From Dictyostelium discoideum (lineage: Eukaryota), in NCBI GenBank assembly GCA_000004695.1, contig CM000150.2, positions 4,256,001 to 4,320,000 of the forward strand: a stretch of DNA of 64,000 bases, in the 5' to 3' direction. The notes beneath the pieces were generated by a model. It was not told the DNA's origin. It made no database searches and saw nothing but the letters and a program-made list of their open reading frames with translations. Of the stretch, positions 43,011 to 53,924 are shown piece after piece (the stretch's first letter is position 1; every line of letters starts with the position of its first letter). Position numbers and translations under genes: made by a program.

Positions 43011-43651
43011 ATGTCAGCCTTTATATATAATAACAGTAATAATAATAATTCGATGCGTCTTTGTGTTATGGGTGATGGTGGTGTTGGTAAAACATCGATT
43101 ACAATCCAATTTATTTCAAACCATTTTGTAAATTGTTATGATCCAACAATTGAAGATTTATATAGAAAACAATGCCTAATTGATGATCAAGTTTATATGT
43201 TAGATATACTTGATACAGCCGGTCAAGATGAATTAAATGCAATTAGAAACCATTGGATAAAATCATGTGAAGGTTTCATATTAGTTTATTCGGTTACATC
43301 AAGATCATCATTTGACCAAATTCAATCATTTTTAGATCAAATTAAATTTTTAAAAAGTGAAAAAGTTCCAATTATAATGATTGCCAATAAATCAGATTTA
43401 GATGATGAAAGACAAGTAACATATCAAGAAGGTGAAAATTTTGCCAATCGATTTGGTATGTCATTCATGGAAGTTTCTGCTAAATATAAATTAAACATTG
43501 ATGAAGTTTTTAATCAAATAGCCCAACATTGTGTGAAAAGAAGATGTGATCACATATATATTAATAAATCAATAAGGAATAAGAATTCAATATTTAAAAA
43601 ATTTAATCAAAAATTAAATAATACATTTCATTCTATTTGTAAAATGATATA

Positions 43652-43652
<1 letters not shown>
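43011..43652 (+). CDS. Ras-family small GTPase paralog, a single exon of 213 aa and the most divergent member of the cluster.
   Basis: Sequence is [101 protein letters not shown]...[12 protein letters not shown]...CKMI. The ORF track starts upstream at a TTG/poly-F artefact, and the true ATG is at 43011. Confidence 0.8.
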
Positions 43653-43700
<48 letters not shown>

Positions 43701-44315
43701 GTAAATAAAGTTTAATGTTCTTTCAATTTGTTATTGATAGAATTTGTATATATCTTAAAAAATATTATTTCTTTTAAAAAAAAAAAATTAAAATAAAAAC
43801 CATCAAATATTTTTTTTTTTTATAAATTATAAGGAGGGGATATCCTAGATATAAAAACCAAAAATAAAAAAAAAGAGGTGACAATCTCCGCTTAAAATTA
43901 CTTTTCACCACTTTAATTTTTATATCTGGCTAACCTTAATAAATTTTAATTTTTCTTTATAATATAAACCAAAATAAAAAACAAAAAAATAAAAAGATAT
44001 ATTAAAAATAAGATGTTACTTAGTTTCAGAAATATTTTTTTAAAAATTGTTTTCTATTTTTTTATTTGAAATTTAATATTATAATTTATTTTAGCGAAAT
44101 CTATTTAAAGATTTTTTTTTTTTTTTTTTTTTTCAAAAAAAAAAATTCAGAGAAATTTTTTTTTTATTTTTTTTATTTTCTTTGACAAAAAAAAAATATA
44201 TAAAAAGAAAAAAATGATTTTTCCTATCATTCAATTTAAAAATAAACAAATAATTAATATATATAATTTGTAAATAAATATAAATAAATAAATAAATAAA
44301 TATAAAAAATTAAAA

Positions 44316-44960
44316 ATGGCATCATATAAAAATAATAATTTAGTACGTCTTTGTATTATGGGTGATGGTGGTGTCGGTAAAACAGCAGTAACAATTCAAT
44401 TTATTTCAAATCATTTTGTTTATTATTATGATCCAACAATTGAAGATTCATATCGTAAACAATGTGTAATTGATGATCAAGTTTATATGTTAGATATATT
44501 AGATACAGCAGGTCAAGATGAATTAACCGCTATGAGAGATCAATGGATTAGATCATGTGAAGGTTTCGTTTTAGTTTATTCAATTACATCAAGATCGTCA
44601 TTTGATCAAGTTCAATTCTTTAGAGAACAAATTATCCGTGTATTAGATAGAGATGATGTACCAATTATGATGATTGGTAATAAATCAGATTTAGATGATG
44701 AAAGACAAGTAACCTATCAAGAAGGTAAAGATTTAGCACGTTGTTTAGGTATGTCATTCATGGAAGTCTCCGCTAAAAGTAGAGCAAATATTGAAGAAGT
44801 TTTCAATGAAACTGTTCGTTCTGTTAAAAGAAGAGAAGAATCATTATTAAAAAAAGATAAATCAAAAGATGGAAAAGATATTAAAAAGAAAAATTCAATA
44901 ATTAAAAAATTAAATCAAAAAGTAAATAATACTAAAACCTCAATTTGTAAAATGATGTAA
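44316..44960 (+). CDS. Ras-family small GTPase paralog, a single exon of 214 aa.
   Basis: Sequence is [154 protein letters not shown]...CKMM. Confidence 0.9.
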   Translation: MASYKNNNLVRLCIMGDGGVGKTAVTIQFISNHFVYYYDPTIEDSYRKQCVIDDQVYMLDILDTAGQDELTAMRDQWIRSCEGFVLVYSITSRSSFDQVQFFREQIIRVLDRDDVPIMMIGNKSDLDDERQVTYQEGKDLARCLGMSFMEVSAKSRANIEEVFNETVRSVKRREESLLKKDKSKDGKDIKKKNSIIKKLNQKVNNTKTSICKMM

Positions 44961-45126
44961 ATAACATTTGAAAAAAAAAAAAAAAAATCTGTAAAATATG
45001 TATTCTGTAAATAATAAAATGTACAATAAAAATTAAATCTTTCGATGTGGAATTGGAAGAACGATTTATTTAAAAATAGTTTTTTGTTTTTTTTTTTTTT
45101 GAAATTCCTCATAATCTTTAATATTT

Positions 45127-45329
45127 TTGGTTTAGTTTATGAGGGCATAAAGAGTTTATGTATGGGGTAATATACCACTATTTAGTGGGATCAGGTGAAC
45201 AATCCTAGTTTCATGTATTCGAATTCGATTGCCTTGTTGTTGAATTTTTGTAATTTTAGCTGGACAATAAATTTGATTGTTCAAAAAAGAGTGGTGTAAT
45301 CCATACATAAACTCCTTAAGCCCTCATAA
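45127..45329. mobile_element. A 203-bp element bounded by 29-bp terminal inverted repeats (27/29 match), MITE-like or hairpin-like.
   Basis: The left arm ttatgagggcataaagagtttatgtatgg pairs with the reverse complement of the right arm ccatacataaactccttaagccctcataa. Pairing continues inward, with ggtaatataccact on the left against agtggtgtaat on the right. The element lies about 60 bp beyond the ex-B box of tRNA-Val. Confidence 0.5.
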
Positions 45330-45345
45330 TATATTTACCAAAAGA

Positions 45346-45356
45346 GAATCGAACCT
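45346..45356 (-). promoter_or_regulatory. External B box (GGTTCGATTCTC) about 36 bp downstream of the second tRNA-Val.
   Basis: The plus strand reads GAGAATCGAACC. It sits at the same relative position as the element next to the first copy. Confidence 0.55.
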
Positions 45357-45391
45357 ACGGTCTTACAATCATTAACTTTAAAAGTTAGTTG

Positions 45392-45465
45392 TATTCAGAG
45401 CGGGAATCGAACCCACGACCTAATCCGTGTTAAGGATTCGTGATAACCGACTACACCATCCGAAC
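45392..45465 (-). tRNA. tRNA-Val with anticodon AAC, a second copy.
   Basis: The 74 nt are identical to the copy at 42314-42387 and the immediate flanks are similar. Confidence 0.85.
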
Positions 45466-45610
45466 TAATCGATGAAATAATAAATAAATAGCTCAGTGGT
45501 ATTTTTATAAATGAAAAAAATTATCTCATGAAGTAACCAAAAATTGCGTTATTCCATTCAAAAAAAATAAAAGAAAAAAAGATCATTCAATTTTAAGTCA
45601 AAAAACTAGT

Positions 45611-45613
<3 letters not shown>

Positions 45614-45665
<52 letters not shown>

Positions 45666-46160
45666 CCTTTACTGTTTAATATAAATTGAAGGGACACTAA
45701 AATAACTGTCTGACAATAACTACATGAATGGAAAACAATAATAGATAGGTATCTATTAGTATTGAAGGGTCAGAATTATTGATTGTTTATAATTTGGTAT
45801 TGAAATACCAATGAATGATTGTGATATTGATAATGTTTGAATTGGTTTTCAGTTGATGATGCTTTTGAATCGATGATTGCCCATTTAAGAACTACCATAG
45901 TTCGAATTATCATCAACTTGAATTTTAAAGAAGTTTTGCCTGTATCTCCAATTTGTTTTAATGGGCAGTATATTTAATACAAATAGCGAAATTAATGATT
46001 GAAGTTGCTTGATCGAACCATTCTAAAGTTACATCATTTTGATTGGTTAAACCTCTCATTGGGTCTGTCAATGTTTTCAATGGTGTTGGAGTTGGTCGGT
46101 TTTGAATAATTTGATTCTGTAGGATTATCATTAATCAGATTTTTATTATTCATTTCTTTA
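45614..46160 (-). other. Decayed coding-like segment ending in a 52-nt A tract on the minus strand, possibly the 3' remnant of a tRNA-targeted non-LTR retroelement (TRE-like) or a pseudogene.
   Basis: Positions 45614-45665 are T52 on the plus strand. The adjacent 500 bp have distinctly higher GC than intergenic DNA but only short, frame-broken minus-strand ORFs (MNNKNLINDNPTESNYSKPTNSNTIENIDRPNERFNQSK*, then NQNDVTLEWFDQATSIINFAICIKYTAH* in another frame). The A tract points toward the tRNA about 150 bp away. Confidence 0.3.
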
Positions 46161-46708
46161 ATTTGTTTTTTTTATAGAAGTTAAAATTTTAAAAATAAAA
46201 AAAAAAATAAAAATTAATTTTTTAAACGTTCCCAAAACTTTTTCATTTTCCACCAATAATTCTTTAATAAACCAATTATTTTATGAAAAATTGTTAATAA
46301 TTTATAATTATTACTAATTTTTTTAAAATTAAAATTTTTTTTTAAATCTTTCTATTAAAAGAAAAATTCAAAAAATTTTCAGTATGATTTTTCAAATTTA
46401 ACTGGTTTAAAATTTAATAGTATCCAATAAAAATCATACTTCTTTAATTTTTTTAAAAATAATAACTACAAATCTTTAATTATTTTTATTGGTTAAGATG
46501 GTTATTTTTTATTTTATAGTCAAAAAAATTGTTTATTATTTTTTTAATTAGAAAAAAAATTTTAAAAAATTTAAGTTGCCTTAAATTTTTTGGGGTTGTT
46601 TTGAATTAAAAATAAAAAAAAGGATGAAAAAAATCAATTTAAACTTTTTTTTTTCCTTATTTCCATATATATTAAACTTTAATTCTTTAAATAAATAAAA
46701 ATAAAAAT

Positions 46709-47116
46709 ATGAAAATTTCTAATAGTTTTGTTTCATTATGTGGAGTATCAAATGCTCAAATGTTTGGTGGTACATGTAAATTACCAGAAATTCCTCAAAC
46801 TATGGATAATGGTTCACAAAGTGTATCTTGTTGGCTCTATTATTACAAAATAATGTTGTTATTAGTTCATATAATCATACATTTCCAAAAGGTACTGGAT
46901 CAACATTTTTCAGTGATTCAAATAAAGATAGTGTTTACAACTGGTGAAAATCTCCATGTTGAATATAAAATAACTAAAGGTTATAGTGGTGTTTTTTATA
47001 GCGAAGATTGCAAAAGTAAAGATCAAATTCCAACTAGTTCGGATATTGTAAAGTCTTATAGTGGTGGTTTTGCTATGATGGGTAGTACATACAATTACCA
47101 ATATAAACTTACTTGA
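46709..47116 (+). CDS. Possible small secreted protein with a putative intron at about 46831..46896.
   Basis: A signal-peptide-like N-terminus (MKISNSFVSLCGVSNAQ) is present. An in-frame GTATCT donor and AAAAG acceptor would remove a hydrophobic poly-LIH stretch of AT-rich sequence. The C-terminal part is YKITKGYSGVFYSEDCKSKDQIPTSSDIVKSYSGGFAMMGSTYNYQYKLT. Confidence 0.3.
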   Translation: MKISNSFVSLCGVSNAQMFGGTCKLPEIPQTMDNGSQSVSCWLYYYKIMLLLVHIIIHFQKVLDQHFSVIQIKIVFTTGENLHVEYKITKGYSGVFYSEDCKSKDQIPTSSDIVKSYSGGFAMMGSTYNYQYKLT

Positions 47117-47850
47117 AGTAAAGTTTAAAAAAAAAAAATTTCTAAATTAAAATAATAATTTATTTCTATTTAGAAAACTTGTTTTGATTTACGTCAAAAA
47201 AAAAAAAAAAGTATTTTTATTTAATACTATTCTCCTTTTACCAACGGCTTTATAATTTTTAAATATATTATTACAAATTGAAAAGAAAGTTCATAAAATT
47301 GTCAGAGAATACTTAAAACTGGAGGGAATTAAATGAATGTCGGTATCTACAGCATTTTCAACAATATCAATATTTAAATGAGCTGTACATCTAATACCAA
47401 TTGATGTATTTAAAATAGTGTAAATATAAAATAATATTAAATTCAATTCAGATTGTTATTCTTGTTTTCTACAGATTGAAGCTACTAATAAATATAAAAA
47501 TAAAAAATAAGAATATTAAATTATATTAATAAAGATAAGAATATCAAAAAAAATAAAGATATAAATAGAGGAAAAATTTATATCTTTATTAGTGAATTTT
47601 TTTTAAAAAAGATTTTATTTAAAGAATTTTTTGTATTTGACACTTTGTCAACTTTCTCTTCTGCTATTGCAAAATTAAATTTATATTCCAATATTCCTTT
47701 AAAAAAAAAGGATTTTTAATAATATTCTTTACAAATTTAAATAAAAATAAAAAAAAAAAAAAAAAAAAAAAAAATAAAAAAAAAAATCAATTAGTTTATA
47801 TTTACATAAACATTGAGAACTGGAATATCCAAGTTCAATATTTTTCTCTC

Positions 47851-47936
<86 letters not shown>

Positions 47937-48001
47937 TATTATTATTATTATTTATTATTATTATTATTAATTATTATTATTAATTATCTATTATTAATTA
48001 T

Positions 48002-49998
48002 CTATTATTCATTAAAAATTTTTGAAGAAGATCTTCCTTTTAAAGAAAGAAAAGGTTTACTATTCTCTCTAACAGGGCTTAAAGGAGTAATTGGTGAAGA
48101 ATGAAAAGCTGAATGATCAGGAGTTGAAGGTGTAGAATTTGTAGTGGTGGTAGATGATGATGAATCTTTTAATTGTTTATCTTTTTTATCTTTTTTATCT
48201 TTTTCTTTTTTAATATCTTTTTCTTTTTTCTTTTCTTTTAATTTCTCTTGTTCTTTTAATTTCTCTTGTTCTTTTTCTCTACGTTTTTGAGCTTCCAAAG
48301 CTTTCTTTGGTATCATCATATTTGCTTGATCAACATGAGTGAATCTTCGTTGAATGAACCTTGGTACCATATTATCGTCAGGAAAAGTTTGAAAGTATTC
48401 AGTTTCAATTTGATCTCTCATAATTGATCTAAGATGATTTACATCATTTGAAATTTGAGGTTTAATTGATTGACCACCACTATTTGTAATTGTATTCATT
48501 GTTGAATCGATTATATAAATATAATGCATTGATGATAATAATATCTCTCTATATTTTCTATCTGAATCTTTCTTTAAATCTTGTTCTTTCTTTAAATCAG
48601 TTTCTAATTCACCAACTCTTAATCTTAGTAATTGTAATTCCATTTGCATTTTATTAAATTCAATTTGATCAGGTGTTGGTTGTTGTTTTGTTAAAATTAC
48701 AGTATGATTTTTTGAGCCACCACCACCGCCACCATCATCAAGTAAGAATGAAGACGATCTTGAACTTTGATTACTTATTGATAAATCACTATCAGTGACA
48801 CTATCATCACCACCACTACTATTACTTAATAATGATTTTTGATGATTATTAATTATAATTTGTGGTGAAGTAAATTGTTTTGAAGAATTTCTTTGATGGT
48901 TAATTAAATTTGTACGATTTTTAGTGATCCAAGGATGTGATAATAATTCTTTAGCTGTTGCTCTTTCTTCTGTTGATTTACAAAAACAACGTTCCAAGAA
49001 ATTTGCCAATTCTGAAGAGATGTCATCTGGTAGTGGTGGTCTATCATCTTGACAAATTCTATACATTGCACCCAATGGATTTAAATCGAAATAGGGTGGA
49101 TAAGAAGTGAATAATTCAATGATTGTACAACCTAATGACCAAATATCAGATACTTGACAATGACCACTAATCTCTATAACCTCTGGCGCCATCCAATATG
49201 GAGTACCAACCACACTATAACGTTTATCTGATTCCTTTATAATTTCACCTGCAGTACCAAAATCACTCAATTTCGCCTCACCTGCTTTATTTATCAATAT
49301 ATTTGCCGCTTTAATATCCCTATGAATAACACCCTCTTGATGTAAATAAACTAATCCTTTCAATACATTCTCAACATAATTACAAATTAATGATTCTGGA
49401 AATGTTCCAAAATTATTTAAAATCGTTGACAATGAACCATTCTCCATATACTCTAAAAATATATATATATAATTTTCATTCTCTTCCCTACCTAAAATTC
49501 TAACAATATTTTCATGATTTAATCTTTGTAATATATCAAATTCTGTCTATATATATATACATATAAAATAATTAATATATTAAAAATATATATATATTTT
49601 ATTTTATTTTATTTTATTTTATAAACACTTACAGAAACACTTGAATGTTGTTCATTTGAAATTTTTGATTTTTCAAAACGTTTAATTGCAACAAAATCAC
49701 CAGATAATGTATTTAAACCTTTAAAGACAGTTGCAAATGCACCTTTTCCAATTGCAATATCAGAGATTACAAATGCACCAATTGTTTTTTTTGATGCTAC
49801 CATTGATTCCCGAAAATGGGATCTATCAGTTTTATTATTTATTGGTGGTAAATTAGATTGTTGTGGTATTACTTTTGATCTAAAATCAACTGTATCGCTT
49901 TTATTATATGTTTCATCACCACTTCCACCACCATATTCATTATATATATCTGAATCATTACTTCCATTACTATAATTTAATTCACTTTTGATATTCAT
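48002..49998 (-). CDS. Serine/threonine protein kinase of the STE group with a Cdc7(S. pombe)/Cdc15-like catalytic domain, in two exons, 49998..49633 and 49546..48002, giving about 636 aa.
   Basis: Kinase subdomains include IGKGAFATVFKGLNTLSGDFVAIKRF ... HENIVRILG ... GVIHRDIKAANILINKAGEAKLSDFGTA ... VVGTPYWMAPEVIE ... SDIWSLGCTIIELFT..PPY. There is a GTAAGT donor at 49632 and an acceptor at 49548-49547, phase 0. The C-terminal half is low-complexity with a KEKEK coiled-coil-like region. Confidence 0.8.
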
Positions 49999-50351
49999 TC
50001 TTTTTTTTAAAAAAAATGAATAAATAAATAAATTATAAAAAAAAAAAAAAATTGATTTAAAATATTAGATTTATAAAAATTATTTTATACAATTTTTCTT
50101 AGTTTTTTTTTTTTTTTTTTTTTTTTGTTGGTTTTTGTTTCTATAAAAATAAATAATGGATAATTTTAATTAATTAATTAATTAATTAATCAGCCAATTA
50201 ATTAATTTTTGATTTTTTGTTGGGTTTTTTTTTAATTTTATTCTTTTATTTTATTCTATTTTTATTGTACAAGTTTTATTGATTTTATATTATTAAATTA
50301 TTATTATAAATGATTTGATTAATACGTTATTTATTTGAAAAAGTTTAAGAA

Positions 50352-50382
<31 letters not shown>

Positions 50383-50469
50383 AAAAATTAAAAAAAACTA
50401 TTTTCCAACAAAAAAAAAAAAGTTAAGGTTTGAATCTTTTTTTTATTTTATTTAATTTTTTTTTATTTT

Positions 50470-50512
<43 letters not shown>

Positions 50513-50993
50513 CTTAATGTTATTTAGTTGATTGACAAAAAAAAAAAAAAAAACAAAAAAAACTAAAAAAAAAAAAACAATGTAAAATTAAAAAAAAAAA
50601 AAAAACTTTTAAAATGTGAGTGTGATTATTTGTGAATGTTTTTGTTGATCAGTAGTGGTGCGTTTTGCGTTTGTGATGCAAATATAATGAATTTTTTTTT
50701 TTTTTTTTTTAATTTTTATATTTTTTTTTTTTTTTTTTTTGTTTTTTTTTTAAAAAAAATAAAAAAAAAAAATTTATACAAATCAAATCTCGACAAACTA
50801 AAAATAATTCATAAAAAAATCTTTTTTTTTTTTTTTTAATTTTTTTTCTTTTTTTTTTTTTTTTCTGATGAAGATAAAATTGGGTTGTTTTCATAATAAT
50901 ATGACGTTTGTTGTTATCATGCCAAGGTGAAAACCATATTTTAAATTTTTTTTTTTTTTTTTTTTTTTTAAAACTATAACATATAATTTGTGT

Positions 50994-51030
<37 letters not shown>

Positions 51031-51212
51031 TATTTTTTTCTTTATTTGTTTTATATTAGGGGACAAAAAAAAAAAAAATAAAAAAAAATAGTTCAGGTTT
51101 CCTAAAAAATTAGGATTCCTAAGATTGTTTTAAATTAAATTTTTTTATTAAAAACAATAGTAATGATGATGGTAATTATTTAATTATTTCACCTTTTGAT
51201 GTTTTTGAAATA

Positions 51213-51671
51213 GTGGAAAAAATTACAATGAATAAAAGAAAAATAATTAAAATTAATAATCAAGATAATAATTTATATGAAACAATTTCATATATTGGAG
51301 AGTATATAAATGGAAAAAAAATAAACAGTTTATCTCAATTAGAAGAACAGGTTATTTTTTATTTTGAAAATTTTTCATCAGACTTCAATAACCATTTTTC
51401 TACTCTTGTTTCAATTTTGGTTGACCATTATAATATAAAAAAAAATCAAGTTATAATTAATTTAAAATCAAAAATAACCCATATATTTAATAATTTTAAA
51501 ATAATATATACGACAAATGGTGAATCACTATTTGAAAAAGCTATAACAGATCTATTTATTTATAATATTGGTATTATTATAAAATTTAAAACTATTGAAA
51601 CTATTCATAAAAATAGTTTTACAATTTTAAAAACATTAGAAAAATTGAAAGTAATAATCTTTAAAAAATAA
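51213..51671 (+). CDS. Hypothetical protein, 152 aa.
   Basis: An open frame with non-degenerate composition (MEKITMNKRKIIKINNQDNNLYETISYIGEYINGKKINSLSQLEEQ...). I recognised no family, and it is convergent with ATP23. Confidence 0.3.
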   Translation: MEKITMNKRKIIKINNQDNNLYETISYIGEYINGKKINSLSQLEEQVIFYFENFSSDFNNHFSTLVSILVDHYNIKKNQVIINLKSKITHIFNNFKIIYTTNGESLFEKAITDLFIYNIGIIIKFKTIETIHKNSFTILKTLEKLKVIIFKK

Positions 51672-51770
51672 TACTTTAATAGTATATAAATATATTTAAT
51701 AACATATATTAGACTATAATATAATATATAATATACAGTTTATTTTTTTTTTTTTTTTTTTTATATTCAA

Positions 51771-52595
51771 TTAAATACGAGGGATATTTGAGAAAGGATA
51801 GTAATCTTTATTACATTTTTCCCAAACTTTATTTACAGCCATTTCAGCAACATCTTTACAATTTGGATTTGATTGAAGTGAACCAATGGCTCTTCTTTTT
51901 GCACATTCTGCTTGATGATTAAAAACTCCAAAATTTTTTTTAAGTGCTTCTAATTGCCATTTACAATCACCACTTAAATTTGCTGCTCTGATCTAATTTT
52001 TTTTTTTTTTTTTTTTTTTGTGTTAGTAAAAAAAAAAAAAATAATAATAATTTAAATAAATGAATTATATATGTATTTTTATAGTTACTTCAGTACAAGC
52101 TAAATGTTCACAATTAAATGGATTTAATTTATTTTTACACATATCATAAGCATGAACAAATTCATGAACTACAGTATTTCTAATATTTAATGGAAAAGTT
52201 GGCATATTATCACAAATGATAACACCTTTCTTTGGTGTGAAACTACCTAATGCATCTAAAGAATCACATGGTTCACATGTAATTACTGGTGGTAAACAAC
52301 CAAGTTTCATCATTTCCTTTATAATAAATTGAAGTATTGGATCCTCTTTAAATGTTTTTTCAACATTTTCTCTACACATTTGATTTGTTGGTTTACGTAC
52401 ATATTTATTTAATGAACCACCACCATTTGTTGTTGTATCATCATCAGTTGGTGGTATTTCTTCATTCTTTGAATTTATTTTATGGCTACATATTATTACA
52501 TCATAATTATCATTTTCTATTTTATTATTATCATTATTTTTATTATTATTATTTTTTAAAAGTAATATATTTTTAATTGAATCTGAAATAGTCAT
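51771..52595 (-). CDS. atp23: Mitochondrial inner-membrane metalloprotease ATP23 homolog in two exons, 52595..52089 and 51992..51771.
   Basis: The HExxH motif [26 protein letters not shown] is followed, after a GTAACT-donor intron, by [73 protein letters not shown]. It has the CEPC...C motif and the conserved C-terminus of the Atp23 family. Confidence 0.8.
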
Positions 52596-53883
52596 TTCTC
52601 TTTAATATAATTTTTTATTCAAACAAAACAAAAAACGAACGAAATTTTTTCATTTTTTTTTTTTTTTAATTTTTTTTTTTTTTTTTATTTTTTTTATTTT
52701 TTTTTTTTTTATTATTCAACTAATTTAAATCTTTTACTTTATATTAAAACCTAAAATAAATAAATTATTTTAAAAAAAAAATTAAACCATGATTATTTAT
52801 TTTTTAGTAAAATAAAAAAAAAAAAAAAAAAATAAGTAAAAAATACATATAAAATTTATATCATGATTTATATTTAATATTTTATTATTATTTTATTTTA
52901 TTATTATTTTATTATTATTTTATTATTATTATATTTTATTTTTATTTTATTTATTTTTTTATTTATTTTTTAATTTTTTTATTTTTAAATTTTTAATATT
53001 TAAAAATTTCGTTGTCAAAATTGTATAAAATAATAATAGTTATTTGCTTTTTTTTTTTTTAAATCACATTTTATTTTCTCTCTCATTCTATCCCCTCTAT
53101 CACACACACTATTTTTTCAATATTAATGAGTATTTGATAATCTATAGATTTTTTTCAACAGAGTTTAAATATCATTCTTTTTAAAATTATCAATAATATT
53201 TTTATGGTTAAATTATAATGAAAAGATTTGCCAAAAAAAAAAAGAAAAATAAAAAATTTTTTAAAACACTTACCACACTTAAAACAAAACAAAAATAAAA
53301 AAATAAAAATAAAAAAACACACACCTACACTTTTTTTTCATTCCCTATTAAATAAAAAAAAAAACTATCTTTACAACAATGAATTTTTTAAATAAAATAG
53401 AATAATAGATTTCTTTTTTTTTTTTTTTTTTTAACTTTTCCACATAATTTTTACATTTTTTTTTATTTAGATGATTTTTTGTGGTTTTGAAATAATTAAA
53501 ATAGATATGTTGTGATATTGTTTACAATATGAGTGGTGTGTTTATTTTTTTTTATTTTTTTTTTTTTAAAGGTGATATGGAAAGATATTGTTTTTAGGTA
53601 CTAATAAAAATATTATTATTATTATTACTACAAATTATGTTTTATTTATTTTATTTTTATTTTTATTTTTTTTTTTTTTTTTTTTTTTTATTTATAAATT
53701 ATTATTTTTACTTTTTTTCTTTTTTTTAATTTTATTTTTACAAATATTAAAAACATAACAAATTCATTTTTATTAAAAATAAAATAAAATAGAAAATCAA
53801 TTAAATAAATAGTATACAAATTATATAACTATTTTCAATATATTTATAATAAATTTAATTTCAAAAATGGTTTCACATAGCAA

Positions 53884-53924
<41 letters not shown>

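Noticed and set aside
45481-45500. A tRNA-like D-arm fragment, TAGCTCAGTGGTA.
   Set aside because: There is no acceptor stem or T arm around it. It is only a 13-nt fragment and could be a relic.
47210-47480. A moderately GC-enriched stretch with short minus-strand reading frames.
   Set aside because: There is no ORF of 60 aa or more and no consistent splice chain. It may be UTR or a decayed gene.
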